Assembly (NCBI GenBank): GCA_049724395.1
Contig: JAUGWO010000053.1
Coordinates: forward strand, 1-64,000
Origin: Spongospora subterranea f. sp. subterranea
Taxonomy: Eukaryota
DNA length: 64,000 nt
Direction: 5' to 3'
The notes under the pieces: model-generated
Seen by the model: only the letters and a program-made list of their open reading frames with translations
Told to the model about the DNA's origin: nothing
Database searches by the model: none
Shown here: one piece after another, positions 11,820 through 26,300 of the stretch
Position numbering within the stretch: the stretch's first letter is position 1
Layout: each line of letters starts with the position of its first letter
Made by a program: the position numbers and the translations under genes

Positions 11820-14120
11820 ATATATTAAGGCTGTATAAAACTTCATTATTTGACAATTGGTGGAGTCTCCACCGTACGACGCGAGAGAGACCTTGATTCT
11901 AAATCAAATGACTGCCCGATCAGTGTGGATGGATCTTTTGCTTTCTCCTCTCCCCTTGGATTCATCAACCAATCCATAAGAGTTCCAATTATTGGAACCG
12001 ACTTTACGATCTCCAGTGGACTGAAACTTCGATTTTGCATTTGCATCAAAAATTCCTGTAAATCAATTTGTCGTTGTTACAAAACAGGAAACAAATCCCT
12101 GTACCTCTGCTTCAGAAATGCCAGTTTGTAAAGACGTTGATAGCAATTCTATCACTGCTGGAGGATATTGTATGTGCGATTGAGTGTATGAGATAATATC
12201 CATAATATGTTGTGCCAGCTCAATGTCACTGCACTCCTGAGCAGTGATATTTCCTGGAATCGTCAAAATTGCGATGCAAAAACAGCCATCATCTGAAATA
12301 CATCTGGAGGCAAGATTAACCCAGCATCGCTATCACAGTAATGATACGACTATTACTTACCCTCGGAATACATTTGACACTTCAAACAGCCTCTCCGCAA
12401 GACAGTCATTCAGACCGTTGGCTGTTTCTCGATGATCTTCATCTAAAAATCCCGGAAGAAGCCGAAATGCTCCTAGTCCCACTGCGGTGCTGAGATTGCC
12501 ATTGTCAATCCAAACAAAAGGAGGCGAGTTCGCTATCAATTGCCGTAAAGCGTGACGAATTTGGACTCCCTAACTGAAGATGAATACACTCGAACGAAGT
12601 TTTCATGATCTTGTCGACATACCTTTGCCATGAGTTTGACTTTCTGTTCAACCGCCTGTAAAACTTCATTAATTTTTTCTGGAACCATTGCCATGATGGT
12701 ATCGTCATTGAGTTTTCTCGGCCGAACCGCAATCTGAACGCCATTGATGGCGGCGTCGTATACTGGAGACCAGTTATAGTTCCGTAGGGGCAAGTTATCA
12801 ACAAGAAGGCTATTGAAGGCATGAGACGATAGATCCAGATCCTCCAAAGTGACACATATCGGAGCGATATGGAAACTTGGTCGCATTTCTGTGTGAGTAG
12901 AAATTTCCAGCCGAAACGTGTCTGCGAAACTAGTTGTGTTGAACAGATATCTTGTGCACTCCAGATGCTCATCTACTGAAAAAACGAGCGTTTTCGACAA
13001 CGATAAAAGCAATATATAAACCGGGGCGATGGCCATGAAATCAGGCTGAATTCGAAGTTTTTCGGCAACCTAAATAAACCATCGAAATCTAACGTATGAT
13101 GATGCAATCGCATGGGCACCGACCTGGGCAGTTCGCGCCATCAATATGTGAGTGTCAGAGCCAGAGCAAATCCAGTCCCTGGGTTTCAACGAGAACGAAT
13201 CAGCTGCGTCAATTGCTGTAGAAATGGAATCAGGACGCTGCGAGGCAGTGGCAAACCGAATATCCGCCCCGTTGATGTGCAGCCACAATCCGTGTGCATC
13301 ACCTGCCAATCAGTGCTACCTTTGAATAACATGTGCGCTTCTCCCACTGGGACAACTCACAGATTTGACGAATTTTAGAGATGTCATCGTCGAAGTGAAT
13401 CAATTTGTTATCTCCTATTATACACCGTCTAACTTAGACTGTGTATTGAACGCATGACGCAGCTTGGATTACGGTAAATCGTTGTGGGGACCGCACCGAA
13501 AACGCACAAGGGCATGCGACCTTGCTGTTTATCTTCTTCAATGTATTGCGATAGAAGATTAACATCGATGCAGTTCGTTTCCAGCCCATTCTTGTCGTTA
13601 CGAAGAGTGAGGTTTGGGACGGTTCGAATTGACCTCAAAGACGAGATCAGGACATAAGCACATGCCCTCGTGACCGAAGACTCATAGGCAAAAGATTCTG
13701 GTATGTAAATGACCGGCTGACGATTGACCATACAAGAGAACCCTTCAGAATTCAGCAGAGGGCACCGATTATGCAGAGCCATTAACAGCATTAGATGCAT
13801 CGCGTTCACAGACGATGAACCTAATATGAGGAAATCAGCATTTCGACCATCAGAGTTGCTGTTGAAAATATACAGATTTGTGAGGTGAACATATCGGAGA
13901 GCTGCAATTGAGAATTCAGTAGCCCTTGGCAGTAGCTTTCCATCAAATCCGCAACCTCAACCAGCCGAGGGTAGTCCGCAATCCGATCGGCAATCTCCTG
14001 CGCCGTGTAAGCGACGCCCGTATCTGAGGAAATCCCCGATTGTCCCAATAGCGCCGTAACTTTAGGGCAGCCGTCGGCTCCCCAATTTAACACCGACGTC
14101 ATTACCGCCGCCCTATCGGT
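11820..14120 (-). CDS. PDXDC1: Pyridoxal-dependent decarboxylase domain-containing protein (PDXDC1-like), multi-exon, ends approximate
   Basis: Exon fragments IEEDKQQGRMPLCVFG, GLWLHINGAD, ADSFSLKPRDWI and the C-terminal VPIIGTLMDWL...GQSFDLESRSL resemble PDXDC1 motifs (IWLHVEG; IPVVGSVLNWF...GRTFNL). Confidence 0.7.
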
Positions 14121-16690
14121 TAATGTAGATATGATATGAGTCAATCTTCGGATATATATTTCCCTAATGAACCCACTTTATACACTTTACAACGTGACAC
14201 CTTAGGGAGCAGCCCGCGCTGATACACGTCACGCTCGTCACAGTGTACTGTATTGCACTCAACACTCTGGGAGTGCACTTTATGTGTTAGGGGGGCCTCT
14301 CCAGGGCAAAATTCGAAAATTTCATGTCGGGAACAGCCCGCGCCAGCACTGGTCACAGTGTTCCGTTTTCGACTGTGAGGGGGGGGGTTTACTGTAGAGA
14401 ATCCGGCAACTGATCCGACCATTGGTCCTGAAGGTGTAATTTGTTGAAATCGGACACGTCTTCCTTGTTTCGTGCTTAAATAAATGCGAATCAATCAGCT
14501 TGACGTCGGGTGCAGCGTGGTCAAGTGAACAACCGGACCTGCTGATGACGAGTAAAACCTGCTAAAATCATTTGCGTCTATCCGGTCCAATGAGTATAAA
14601 AGGAACGTTTCAAAGTTTGAGCATAATGATGTTGTTGAACAGCCGCCGCTGCCTGAGCGATCCGGACTTTGATAACACCACCTCGTTTTCTTGGTTTCCA
14701 GTCGACGACATGTACACAATCAGACGAATCATGAGGTGCTCAAAATGAGAGGGTTTTCAGCCAAGCTCTCTTGCCAAATATCCCGCGAAGCGTTGGCACA
14801 GATTCTGAACCTTGGCTGAAATTTCAAATACTCAAATTTGTAGTGGTTTTCTCGTCTCTTTTCGTTTCGAGGAGAAAGTTTTTTTTTAGGAGGAACCACT
14901 CTGTTTTGCTATAATTGCTGTTTTATCTTGGTTGTACATTTCGGGTAGACCATCACTGGCCGTTTACACATTGGGCTGTTTCGCTGATCTGGTTTTTGAA
15001 CTTTCGCGTGTCCTGGAACATTTTCATCAGATTGCCCAGAGACGATTTCATTGGCTGTGTTGCCTGCTTTCGCATTTCATGAACTGAATAAACGGAGCTG
15101 ATTGCTTGACTTTTCGAAGTTTGAAGATTGGCAGCCCATGTTTCATTCTCAACAAGACAACGTTCTCCTCGAAATGAAAAGAGACGAGCAGGTCACGACA
15201 AGCTTGACCTCTAAGATCAACGGTGATGCAAACGGCACCAATTCAATTACGCAAATGAAGTGGACGCAATTCTAATCGAAACGAAATGTACGAGATCCAA
15301 GAACAACAACAACAAATAATGCATACGATCGACTCATTCGAACGAAGAATGCCTGGCTCCATCGTACTGCGGGTGGATTCCTGTGAACTCGTGTTCATTT
15401 CCGTGTCAATCTTGAAACGTTCGTCAAAGCGTTGCCCTCAAAAGTTCCAACCTGATAGATAGCTGCGCTAACGTCATCCATGACAATGGGTCTAAATTTC
15501 CACTTCTTAATCTCAGGTCGGTACAGGACCCAATCATGATCACTTGCAGCAACTGCCATTGATCGACCAATGCTAACCACCCAATTGTATCATTTGTTCC
15601 TGTTATTACAATGACCCTATTAGCCACGAAATCATTTACTGATCAGGGCGGAATCGTAGTCCTTGGCAACATTCGTCGTATCTAGGATCAAACATGGAAA
15701 GTCATCGTGACAAGCCCAACGATCCCATTATCTGATCAACCAAACCGTTCGAAAAAATCCAAACGCAACCATCAACATGGAGCTAGCGCACCGAACATTC
15801 CGACACGAATCGAACGAAAAACTGAAGCACAAATATGAGATTCCACTGAAGTCATCAGCACTATACCTCAGGAATCGACAGTTCGACGAAAGCTGTGTTC
15901 ATGTGAATTCAAGGAAGCAGCCGTTCCCACAGGAACGCCAGACAAAAAACAACCAAGGCATTTGGAATCGATTAATCTGATCAACAAACGACAATTTCTT
16001 GTAGCAAGGAAGAAAGGATATTCAACTGCCTATACTAGCGACCATCGACAACCCGAACTGAATGGATCACAGCGCATGGCGCTAGACCAATGCAGGAACG
16101 TAGCGAAAGAACCACCCCTTCCCCCCGTCCGAGGACTATTCCGCTAAACGGGGCCGTATTAGCAACTACACTCGCACCTTGATACAAATCACTTTTTTTC
16201 AAGCTCTAATTAATCGCTTACCAGTTTCAAATAAAGCCAGTTGAAAAATCCAAGCACTCAATAATCGTTATGGATATCCTTTGGATATTTTGGTTTTTTT
16301 GGCTGTGTGTGATGTACCAATGTTGTCTCACGGTCCATATCAGGGGAAAAGGGAAAAATTCCACCCGATGCTGAAACTGCAGATAAACGTCAGCAGGGTT
16401 TCATGATTATCGCTCAATGTGTCGATTTACGACATGAAAAATATCTCCAACCGCCACGTTGCCTTAAGTCAAGTCCTGATGTCGATGATTGAAGGCCATT
16501 GACCAAGGGCGACCTTCAATGGCTCATGGCCAAAAGCCCAACTTAGACCGCCCCAGGTGGAGATGGCACATGGGCGAACGCCCCTGCTATATTCGACACC
16601 GGTCCTCAAATACTATTGGGGGATTCGCCGCTTGGCCATGTCAGGTTCATCATCATTGATACATCAGGGCCCCTCATCCCAACACAACCC

Positions 16691-16711
16691 ACACACACAC
16701 ACACACACACC
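16691..16711 (+). repeat. (AC)n microsatellite
   Basis: About 10 AC units. Confidence 0.9.
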
Positions 16712-16905
16712 CACAGGGGTACCGCGTTCATGGCGCTATGGGCCCCAGCCATCGCACGACATCACACATCACACACAACCCTGTGTTGGTCATACCGTCC
16801 CAGCCAGGGGCGCCACAGGTTGTCGTCACAGCACCCCATGATCACTAGTCGCCATTACTAACGTTGGTCATTTGTGGTGTGGCGGCGGTCCCTAATCTGC
16901 AGCCA

Positions 16906-19900
16906 ATGCAGGGATATCTGGAGAAGCAGACGTCCAGCTCCATATTTCGAAAGTTCCAGAACCGGTATTTCGTGGTGGACCGGCACTCGATGGTCTATTA
17001 CGTGAAGAAGGACGACTACGAGGGGTTATCGTCGGGGAGTAAAAGGGACGATCGATCTATTAACATGTGTCGCCGTTGGTATAACGGAAGGTGATACACA
17101 TGGGAAAGAGTTCTGGCTGGAATCCCCATCCCGGCTGTTCTGGTTCCGAGCGCCATCCACCAAGGATCGGGACGCTTGGTTGGCGAACCTGTTTGTGGGT
17201 CAACACATTCCTCCCCATCACCGCTTCGTCAATCTGACGACCTGGGCCAATCCAGGTATGGAGTGGGGCGGCGTCTCTTGACGCCGTTCCCATCGCTCGC
17301 CATGTCCATGTCGCAATCACTTCTGCCATCGCCATCTGCGAATCCAAAGGTATTCTGTCACACGATTTCGCATCAGGATCGTCCTTAATAGGGGGAAACC
17401 CGGGTCAGGTGCCGATGTTGAAGGATTATTTCGGGTGCCGGGAATCAAATCGGTTGTTGAGAAACTTCGTCGAGATGTGTATATGCTGGAAGGGTGTTCA
17501 GGGCTATCCGACCCATCGGTTTCCGTATTCGACGTTGGAAGCGTGCTGAAGGGTTTGCTACGTGAGCTACCGGTAATGGCCCTTCGTTGACTGGGGAATC
17601 TTGTTCTGATCGAAAGGGGATTTCTGCTCAGGAATCCATTCTGACTCACGAATTGATTGTGCCGTTCACCAGGGCGAACGCCACCGCCGATAATATTCGC
17701 GATCTCGTGGCCAAACTGCCGTCCGTCAACCGCGACATTCTGATGAAACTGGCCCTGTTGATGAAAACGCTTGTACTGATCGCCCTCATTTTTTACCGGT
17801 TCATTCCCCCTAGACTCACTGATTGCTCGCACGGCAACGTTCAGGTAGAAAAGGGGCCGATCACCAAAGCGTCAGTCAAGTCGTTGGCCATCTGCATGGC
17901 GCCAGCATTCAGCCCGAGCGTCGACACCGGTCTGGTAGATCTATCGCAGCTCCTCTCGTTGATCATCTACGAAGGCAGCGCCATATTCGGGTATTCATTC
18001 AATCGGATTTCGAGAAAGGACGATTGGGCTGCCGAGACACTGGAACGGGTCAATTGCCCTCACAGCGCCATTGACCAGATCTGATCGATTTTGGTTCTGT
18101 TTTATTCAGGAGGAGACGAAACCGGCGGTTCCCGTTGTCCCAAATCCTGACCGATATCGAACCGTTGAGCGATCTATCATTTCACGTCGAGAGTCATCGA
18201 TTAGATGAGGCCGATGGCGCCACGTTCGACACTCAAGAACCGATTCCCGAGCCGGCCACGAACATCGCTGCGCCAGCAATCGTCCCGACCGAAACCGATT
18301 TGATCACTGAAGAGGTGGACAGAAGGATGACTCGCAATGGCGAAGCGGTTTTGTCGTCCCCCGCCGATGCATTTAAGCCAGTGCAGACCTTTGAGGTACT
18401 GCCGAGGATTGGCGGATTTCACGAGTGAACTGGTTATGGGCAGGCGCACGATTTCGGTATTTCGTCAGGGTCCGAGTTCGAGTACGGCCCTACTGATGAT
18501 GATGAAGACGATCAGGCTAGCGAAATCGCTGATCTCGGCGCGTTTTCACCATTGAAGGCCACCGCCGAACCCGACGTTATTCCGAAGGAAGTCGTAATCC
18601 CCTCGTTCGAACCTATGGCTTCCATTCACGATGAACACGACGATTGCACTCCGGAAAACAAGACAACGGATTCCGGTCGTCAACCCCAACATTTAGCAGA
18701 GAAAGACGAATTACAACTTTCAAAAAGAAATGTCGAAGATTTCGCGCTGTTGGATGACAAGTCCCATTCGACTTCCTTAAATCTCTGCGACCTCAGTGCC
18801 TCAGGACCAATAATTTCAGAAAATCCCAGATCGATTCTCCAACAAGCGCCGGCCGAAGTCGGTCCATTAATTTTTCCAATGAAAATCGATCTCAACGACA
18901 ATCCAAGTGCGGTGTCAAACGCGGTGATTGTCGAAAGTGATGCGTCTGCTCGGTTTCAGCAGGCGTCTGAAGTAAAATCGCCCAAAACCGTTGAAATCGA
19001 CACGGCCAATGACGGGAACGGGAACGACGATGAGTCGGTTCCAGGATCACTTTCGTTTGGCTCCACCGCCACCTCCAATTCTTTGTCGACTACGTTGATC
19101 ACGCCGCCTCGTCTCTCGGTTGCGGTAGATGGCGAACCACATCACGATCCACCCAGTTTCTCTCCATCAGCGTTGCCCAAGCCATTGACGCCGACCACTC
19201 CTGATACGGTCAACGCCCCCGTAATCAGGAACTCATCTGAACCGCCCTCATCATCACAACAAAACTCAATCAAAAGGTCGGCGACGAAATCAACCGGAAC
19301 TAGACCGATATCTGAGAACGATAAACATCGTGATCAATACGAAATCGGGGTAGGAAATGACATTGTTTCAAAACTTTCAGTTCGGTTACGCTGATTGTTG
19401 TTCAGGTACGGCAGGATCAAGTCGATTCGCTTTTACGCCAATTACAGGACTCTAATACCAGAATCGCCCACTTTCAACGCAAAAACAGGGCCGTCGAAGA
19501 GAAAGTGAGCGAGTCGGTAAATCTGCCATGGTGTTGCCAGATGAAAAATTCTGACGCCATCCTCTGTAGACAGTGCAGTTCCATAGACGCGTTGCAGGAT
19601 CGTATTTCCAAGCTCCAATCAATGAACGAACAGGTATCTCGAGAACGTGACGAATATGCCAAAGTACCTGGACCTAGTGAAAGGAATGGGATTGATGGGT
19701 AGCTTAATCCTGATTCAGGATCTGCAGGCCGCCATGAACCAGTTAACAGAAGTTCGCCAACGATGCCAATCGCAAATTCTATCCAACGAAACATTGAAAC
19801 GGAAATTTGACAATCAGCAAATTCAGCAAAGTGCATTGATTCTGTCTTTGCAAGAACAGGTCGGTGGTTCGTTCAAACGGCCCAATGAATTTCTCAAATG

Positions 19901-20298
19901 CTGTCTTTGATCCTCTAGAATCGATCATTATCTGCGTTTTTTGAAAAACCTGTCGCTCCAGCGCCATCAAAAGGTATTTGATGTATTCACAATTGTTCAC
20001 AGGCGATCTTCAGCTAATTTTTTTCGTAGCGCCGGTGCTTTTGACAGAAAATCATGAAGCAAACGAATTGGTGAAGAAGGTAGATGAACTCCGATTCGGT
20101 TGACGAACTCATCCTGATGCTTAGTGATAGCAATTGGGGTTGATTAAAGAGCGCGTTTCCGGAAGAATGCACAACTCCATGAACACGTTGGCAACCATCG
20201 AATCGCGAGCCGTTCTCGGTTTATACGAGTCCAGGCAACGAATCCAGAGGTTGCAATTAGAGCTGAAAGGGCTCAAGGTGCTGGAGCAAAGGCATTGA
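16906..20298 (+). CDS. PH domain + RhoGAP domain protein with low-complexity middle and coiled-coil C-terminus (multi-exon)
   Basis: PH start MQGYLEKQ..FRKFQNRYFVV. RhoGAP motifs VEGLFRVPG, DVGSVLKGLLRELP (17420-17572), LVAKLPSVNRDIL and SLAICMAPAF. Short GT-AG introns are present, with a stop at 20296-20298. Confidence 0.85.
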
Positions 20299-20375
20299 TG
20301 ATCTAGTTGTTTTCATTATTAAAAAATTCATAAGCGTCATAAATACACAATGAAGAGATAAATGTTCATGGTGAT

Positions 20376-23300
20376 TTATTTATCTGTAGATTCTGGGCGA
20401 GGACGCCCGAAAATCCATTCACAGAACATCGCTAATCGCTCCAGAGCTCCAACGTCATTGTGGTCTTCTTCGAAATCGTTGATCGCCTCTGCAACGGCAG
20501 CTGCAATATCCTCTACGAACAGATTGAATCCGTCAACAAAACAAAAACTCAGTCGTGTTTGGAAAAAATTACGTACCAGTTTCTGATGGGATGTCGCCAT
20601 CAGTGTTCTGACGCTTTCCCTCCATTTTAGCCTGCCTGATCGCATTGTCAACTGACTCGAGCATCAATGACGACAACGAGATTTGATGCAACTCATCGAG
20701 CGGATCACTGGCCGTCGGATTTCTTGACGTACTGTTTGAGCCGCCATCGTCATTTGACCGTTTCTTGGGATCTTGGGCCAAATCATCTTCGATGTCAATT
20801 TCCACAGGGTCGTTTTTTTGGTGGGAATTGGTCATCGATTTCTTGGGTTGCGAAGGACGCGCGGCGATTACAGCGGTTTGCTGTTCAGCAGAACGGCCAG
20901 GAGTTGCAATTTCGCTGAAAGAATCTTTTTTTGAAGCATCGTCAATGTCGATGGCAATTTCATCGACCAATGGATTGGTGATACCAGATGAAACGGAAGC
21001 TGGGCTTTTGATGGAAACTTCTTGGGCGCGGTCTTCGAGGTTGGGAGATGACGGTGAGGAGCTCGCATCATGCGGCATATTGCCATTGTTAGGAGTTAAC
21101 GCATGGGAAGCGGCAACAGGAACTGGATGGTAAACGGGTTCTGGTTCAACAGCGATAATTGGATTGGGCAATGCACTGGAAACCTCGCTGAGAGATGTCC
21201 TGTGAGGATTGCCGTGAAGTTGACTGGGCTCATTTGCCATGAATATGGGAGTGCGCTTGTAACCGGACGGAACAACATTATTGGTTGCTCGTTTGGGAAC
21301 CTTCATCATCGGTGAAGGAACACCAGAAGGCGGAGATCGATGGTTCGATGACGACTTAGGTTGATGATTGGGGTCAACCCCCTCAACATCTGTCCCTGGA
21401 GATCGCGATTCCAAATCATTGAATGAACCAAACTGAGAAGGACGGAGTGTCAAGTTGCGAATCAACGGGAGCCCCCATCGAAGGGTGAGGAAACCCATCA
21501 ACTGCATTGAGAGGTAACACCTTCGATGACGGATGGTCATTTGGGTTTGCTTGGTCATCGGATACAGAATTCAGCCGTCGATTTTGACGTGAGGCTACGG
21601 CATCAACGGTAGGACGATTATCTGAAATTAAAGGGGAGGAGCGACCAGGTGAGTTCAAGGGCGACCACCGGAGATTAGGAAAACGACGATCATCAGAACT
21701 CAAAGGGGGCGACGGTTGATTAGGAACAGGATGATCATCAACGCTCGAGGGTGATGAGCCTTGATCAGGAACATGACGAGCATTAGAGCTCAAAGGTGAC
21801 GCGCGTTGATTAGGAACACGAATATCATCAGAGCTCAAAGGGGACGATCGTTGATCAGGAACGCGAAGATCATCAGCGCTAGAAGGTAATGAGCGTTGAT
21901 GAGGAACACTGCGAGCATCAGAGCTCAAAGGTGACGATCGTTGATCATAAAGGCGATGGTCATCAGCGCTCGAGGGTAATGAGCGTTGATCAGGAACACG
22001 ACGATCATCAGAGGTCAAAGGGGGCGATTGTGGATCAAGAACACGACGATCATCAGAGCTCAAAGGGGACGACGGTTGATCATGAAGGCGATGATCATCA
22101 GCGCTCGAGGGTAATGAGCGTTGATCAAGCACACGACGAGCATCAGAGCTCAAAGGGGACGAGCGTTGATTAGGAACACGATAATCATCAGAGCTCAAAG
22201 GTGACGATTGTTGATCATGAAGGCGTTGGTCATCAGCGCTGGAGGGTAATGAGCGTTGATCAGGAACACGACGATCATCAGAGCTCGAAGGTAATGAGTG
22301 TTGATCAGGAACACGATGATCATCAGAGCGTAGAGGAGACGATCGTTGATCAGCAACACGACCATCATCAGAGCTTAAAGAGCCCGAGCGTTGATCAGGA
22401 ACACGATGATCATCAGAGCTCAAAGGAGACGATCGCTGATCAGGAACACGATGATCATCAGAGCGTAGAGGAAATGATCGTGGCTCAGGGACACGAACAT
22501 CATCCGAGCTCAAAGGAGCCGAGCGTTGATCAGGAACACGATGATCATCAGAGCTCAAAGGTAATGGGCGTTGATCAGGAGCCCGATGATTATCAAATCT
22601 CAAAGGAGACGATCGTTGATCAGGAACACGATGATCATCAAAGCGTATAGGAGACGATCGTTGATCAGGAACAAGAACATCATCAAAGCGTAGAGGATAT
22701 GATCGTTGAGGAGATGATCGTTGCTCAGGAACACGAACATCATCAGAGATCAACGGGCCCGAGCGTTGTTCAGGAACACGATCATCATCAGAGCTCAAAG
22801 GTGATGAGCGTTGATCAGGAACACGATCATCATCAGATGGTGGAGGAGACGATCGTTGATCAGGACCACGAACATCATCATAGCTCAACGGGCCCTTGCG
22901 TTGATCAGAAGCACGATGATCATCAGAGCTCAAAGGAAACCATTGTTGATAAGGAGCACGATGATCATCAGATCGTAGAGGAGACGATGGTTGATCAGGA
23001 ACACGATGATCATCAGAGCGTAGAGGAGATGATCGTTTCTCAGGAACACGACCATCATCAGAGCTCAACGGGCCCGAGCGTTGATCAGGAACATGATGAT
23101 CTTCAGAGCGTGGAGGAGACGATCGTTGATCAGAAGCACGATAATCATCAGAGAGTAGAGGAGACGATTGTTGATCAGGAATACGAATATCATTAGAGCT
23201 CAACGGGCCCGAGCATTGATCAGGAACTCGATGATCATCAGAGCGTAGAGGAGACGATCGTTGATCAGAAGCACGATTATCATCAGAGAGTAGAGGAGAC

Positions 23301-26300
23301 GATCGTTGATCAGGAATACGAACATCATTAGAGCTCAGCGGGCCCGAGCGTTGATCAGGAACTCGATGATCATCAGAGCGTAGAGGAGACGATCGTTGAT
23401 CAGGAACACGATGATTATCAGAGCGTAGAGGAGATGATCGTTTCTCAGGAACACGACCATCATCAGAGCTCAACGGGCCCGAGCGTTGATCAGGAACACG
23501 ATGATCTTCAGAGCCCAAAGGTAATGAGCGTTGATCAGGAACACGATGATCATCAGAGCTCAAAGGTAATGAGCGTTGATCAGGAGCACGATGATTATCA
23601 AATCTCAAAGGAGACGATCGTTGATCAGGAACACGATGATCATCAAAGCGTATAGGAGACGATCGTTGATCAGGAACAAGAACATCATCAGAGCGTAGAG
23701 GAGATGATCGTTGCTCAGGAACACGAACATCATCAGAGATCAACGGGCTCGAGCGTTGTTCAGGAACACGATCATCATCAGAGCTCAAAGGTGATGAGCG
23801 TTGATCAGGAACACGATCATCCTCAGATGGTGGAGGAGACGATCGTTGATCAGGACCACGAACATCATCATAGCTCAACGGGCCCTTGCGTTGATCAGAA
23901 GCACGATGATCATCAGAGCTCAAAGGAAACCATTGTTGATAAGGAGCACGATGATCATCAGATCGTAGAGGAGACGATGGTTGATCAGGAACACGATGAT
24001 CATCAGAGCGTAGAGGAGATGATCGTTTCTCAGGAACACGACCATCATCAGAGCTCAATGGGCCCGAGCGTTGATCAGAGCTCAACGGGCCCGAGCGTTG
24101 ATCAGGAACATGATGATCTTCAGAGCGTGGAGGAGACGATCGTTGATCAGAAGCACGATAATCATCAGAGAGTAGAGGAGACGATTGTTGATCAGGAATA
24201 CGAATATCATTAGAGCTCAACGGGCCCGAGCGTTGATCAGGAACTCGATGATCATCAGAGCGTAGAGGAGACGATCGTTGATCAGGAACACGATGATTAT
24301 CAGAGCGTAAAGGAGATGATCGTTTCTCAGGAACACGACCATCATCAGAGCTCAACGGGCCCGAGCGTTGATCAGGAACACGATGATCTTCAGAGCCCAA
24401 AGGTAATGAGCGTTGATCAGGAACACGATGATCATCAGAGCGTGGAGGAGACGATCGTTGATCAGGACCACGAACATCATCAGGGCTCAACGGGCCCGTG
24501 CGTTGATCAGGAGCACGATGATCATCAGATCTCAAAGGGCCCGAGCGTTGATCAGCAACACCATGATCATCAGAGCTCGAAGGAAACGATCGTTGATAAG
24601 GAACACGATGATTATCAGAGCGTAAAGGAGACGATCGTTGATCAGCAACACGATGATTATCAGAGCGTAGAGGAAATGATCGTTGCTCAGGAACACGAAC
24701 ATTATCAGAGCTCAGCGGGCCGGAGCGTTGATCAGGCACACGATGATCATCAGAGCGTGGAGGAGACGATCGTTGATCAGAAGCACGATTATCATCAGAG
24801 AGTAGAGGAGACGATCGTTGATCTGGAACACGAACATCACCAGAGCTCAACGGGCCCGAGCTTTGATCAGGAAAACGATCATCACCAGAGCTCAAAGGTA
24901 ATGAGCGTTGATCAGGAACACGATGATCACCAGAGCGTAGAGGAGACGATCGTTGATCTGGAACACGATAATCATCAGAGCGTGAAGGAGTTGACCGTTG
25001 CTCAGGAACACGAACATCATCAGAGCTCAAAGGGCCCGAGCGTTGATCAGGAACACGATGATCATCAAAGCGTAGAGGAGACCATCGTTGCTCTGGAACA
25101 CGATGATCATCAGAGCTTAAAGGGAGAGAGCGTTGATCAGGAACACTATAGTCATCAGAGCGCAAAGGAGCCGAGCGTTGATCAGGATCACGATGATCAT
25201 CAGAGGTCAAAGGTAATAAGTGTTGATCAGGAAAACGATGATTATCAGAGGGTAGAGGAGACGATCGCTGATCAAGAACACGATGATCATCAGAGCTCAA
25301 AGGGCTCGAGCGTTGATCAGGAACACGATGATCATCAGAGCGTAGAGGAGACGATCGTTGATCAGGAACATCAGAGCTCAAAGGGCCCGAGCGTTGATCA
25401 GGAAAACGAACATCATCAGATCTGAAAGGGCCCGATCGTTGATCAGGAACACTATGGTCATCAGAGCTCAAAGGAGACGATCGTTGATCAGGAACACGAA
25501 CATCATCAAATCTGAAAGGGCCCGAGCGTTGATCAGGAACACGATGATTATCAGAGCGTAGAGGAGACGATCGTTGATCAGGAACACGAACATCCTCAGA
25601 GCTCGAAGGTAATGAGCGTTGATCAGGAACACGATGATCATCAGAATTCATAGGTGTCCAGCGTTCATCAGGAACACGACGATCATCAGAGCTCAAAAGG
25701 GAAAATCGTTGGTCAGGAATACGACGATCATCCGAATTCAAAGGTGGCGAGCGCTGATCAGAACCACGACGATCATCAGAATTCAAAGGGGATGAACGTT
25801 GATCAGGAACACGATGGTCATCAGAGCTCCTTGGCGACGAGGGTTTTTCAGGGACACGACGATCATAGGAACTCACTGGCGACGAGCGTTGACCAGCAAA
25901 CCGCCCATCATCAGAGCTCAAAGGGAACGATGGTTGATCAGGAACACCACGATAATCAGAGCTGAAAGGGAACGAGCGTTGATCTGGAACACGACGATCA
26001 TTAAACCTCTTTGGCAACGAGGGTTTTTGAGGAACACCACGATCATCAGAGCGGAAAGGCGACGAGCGTTGGTCAGAAATATGATGATCATTAGGGCTCA
26101 TTGGTGACGAGCGTTGTTCAGGAATACGAATGTCATCGGATTTCATTGGCGACCAGCGTTGTTCAGGAACACGACCGTCATCAGAGCTCAAAGGTGACGA
26201 CCGTTGGTCCGGAACACGAAGATCATTAGAGCTGACAGGTGATGAGCCCTGATCAGGAACACCGCGTTCGTTGGGCCTCAGAGGGAGTGCGTCGTGTTGC

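Noticed and set aside
14141..16860. Short ORFs between the PDXDC1-like and RhoGAP genes
   Set aside because: No motif or coherent splice model was found. Some may be PDXDC1 5' exons or decayed TE sequence.
21889..26107. Plus-strand His/Asp/Gln/Glu-rich ORFs (VDQEHDDHQS repeats)
   Set aside because: Antisense shadow of the 45-bp repeat. The frame is repeatedly broken by stops whereas the minus frame is uninterrupted.
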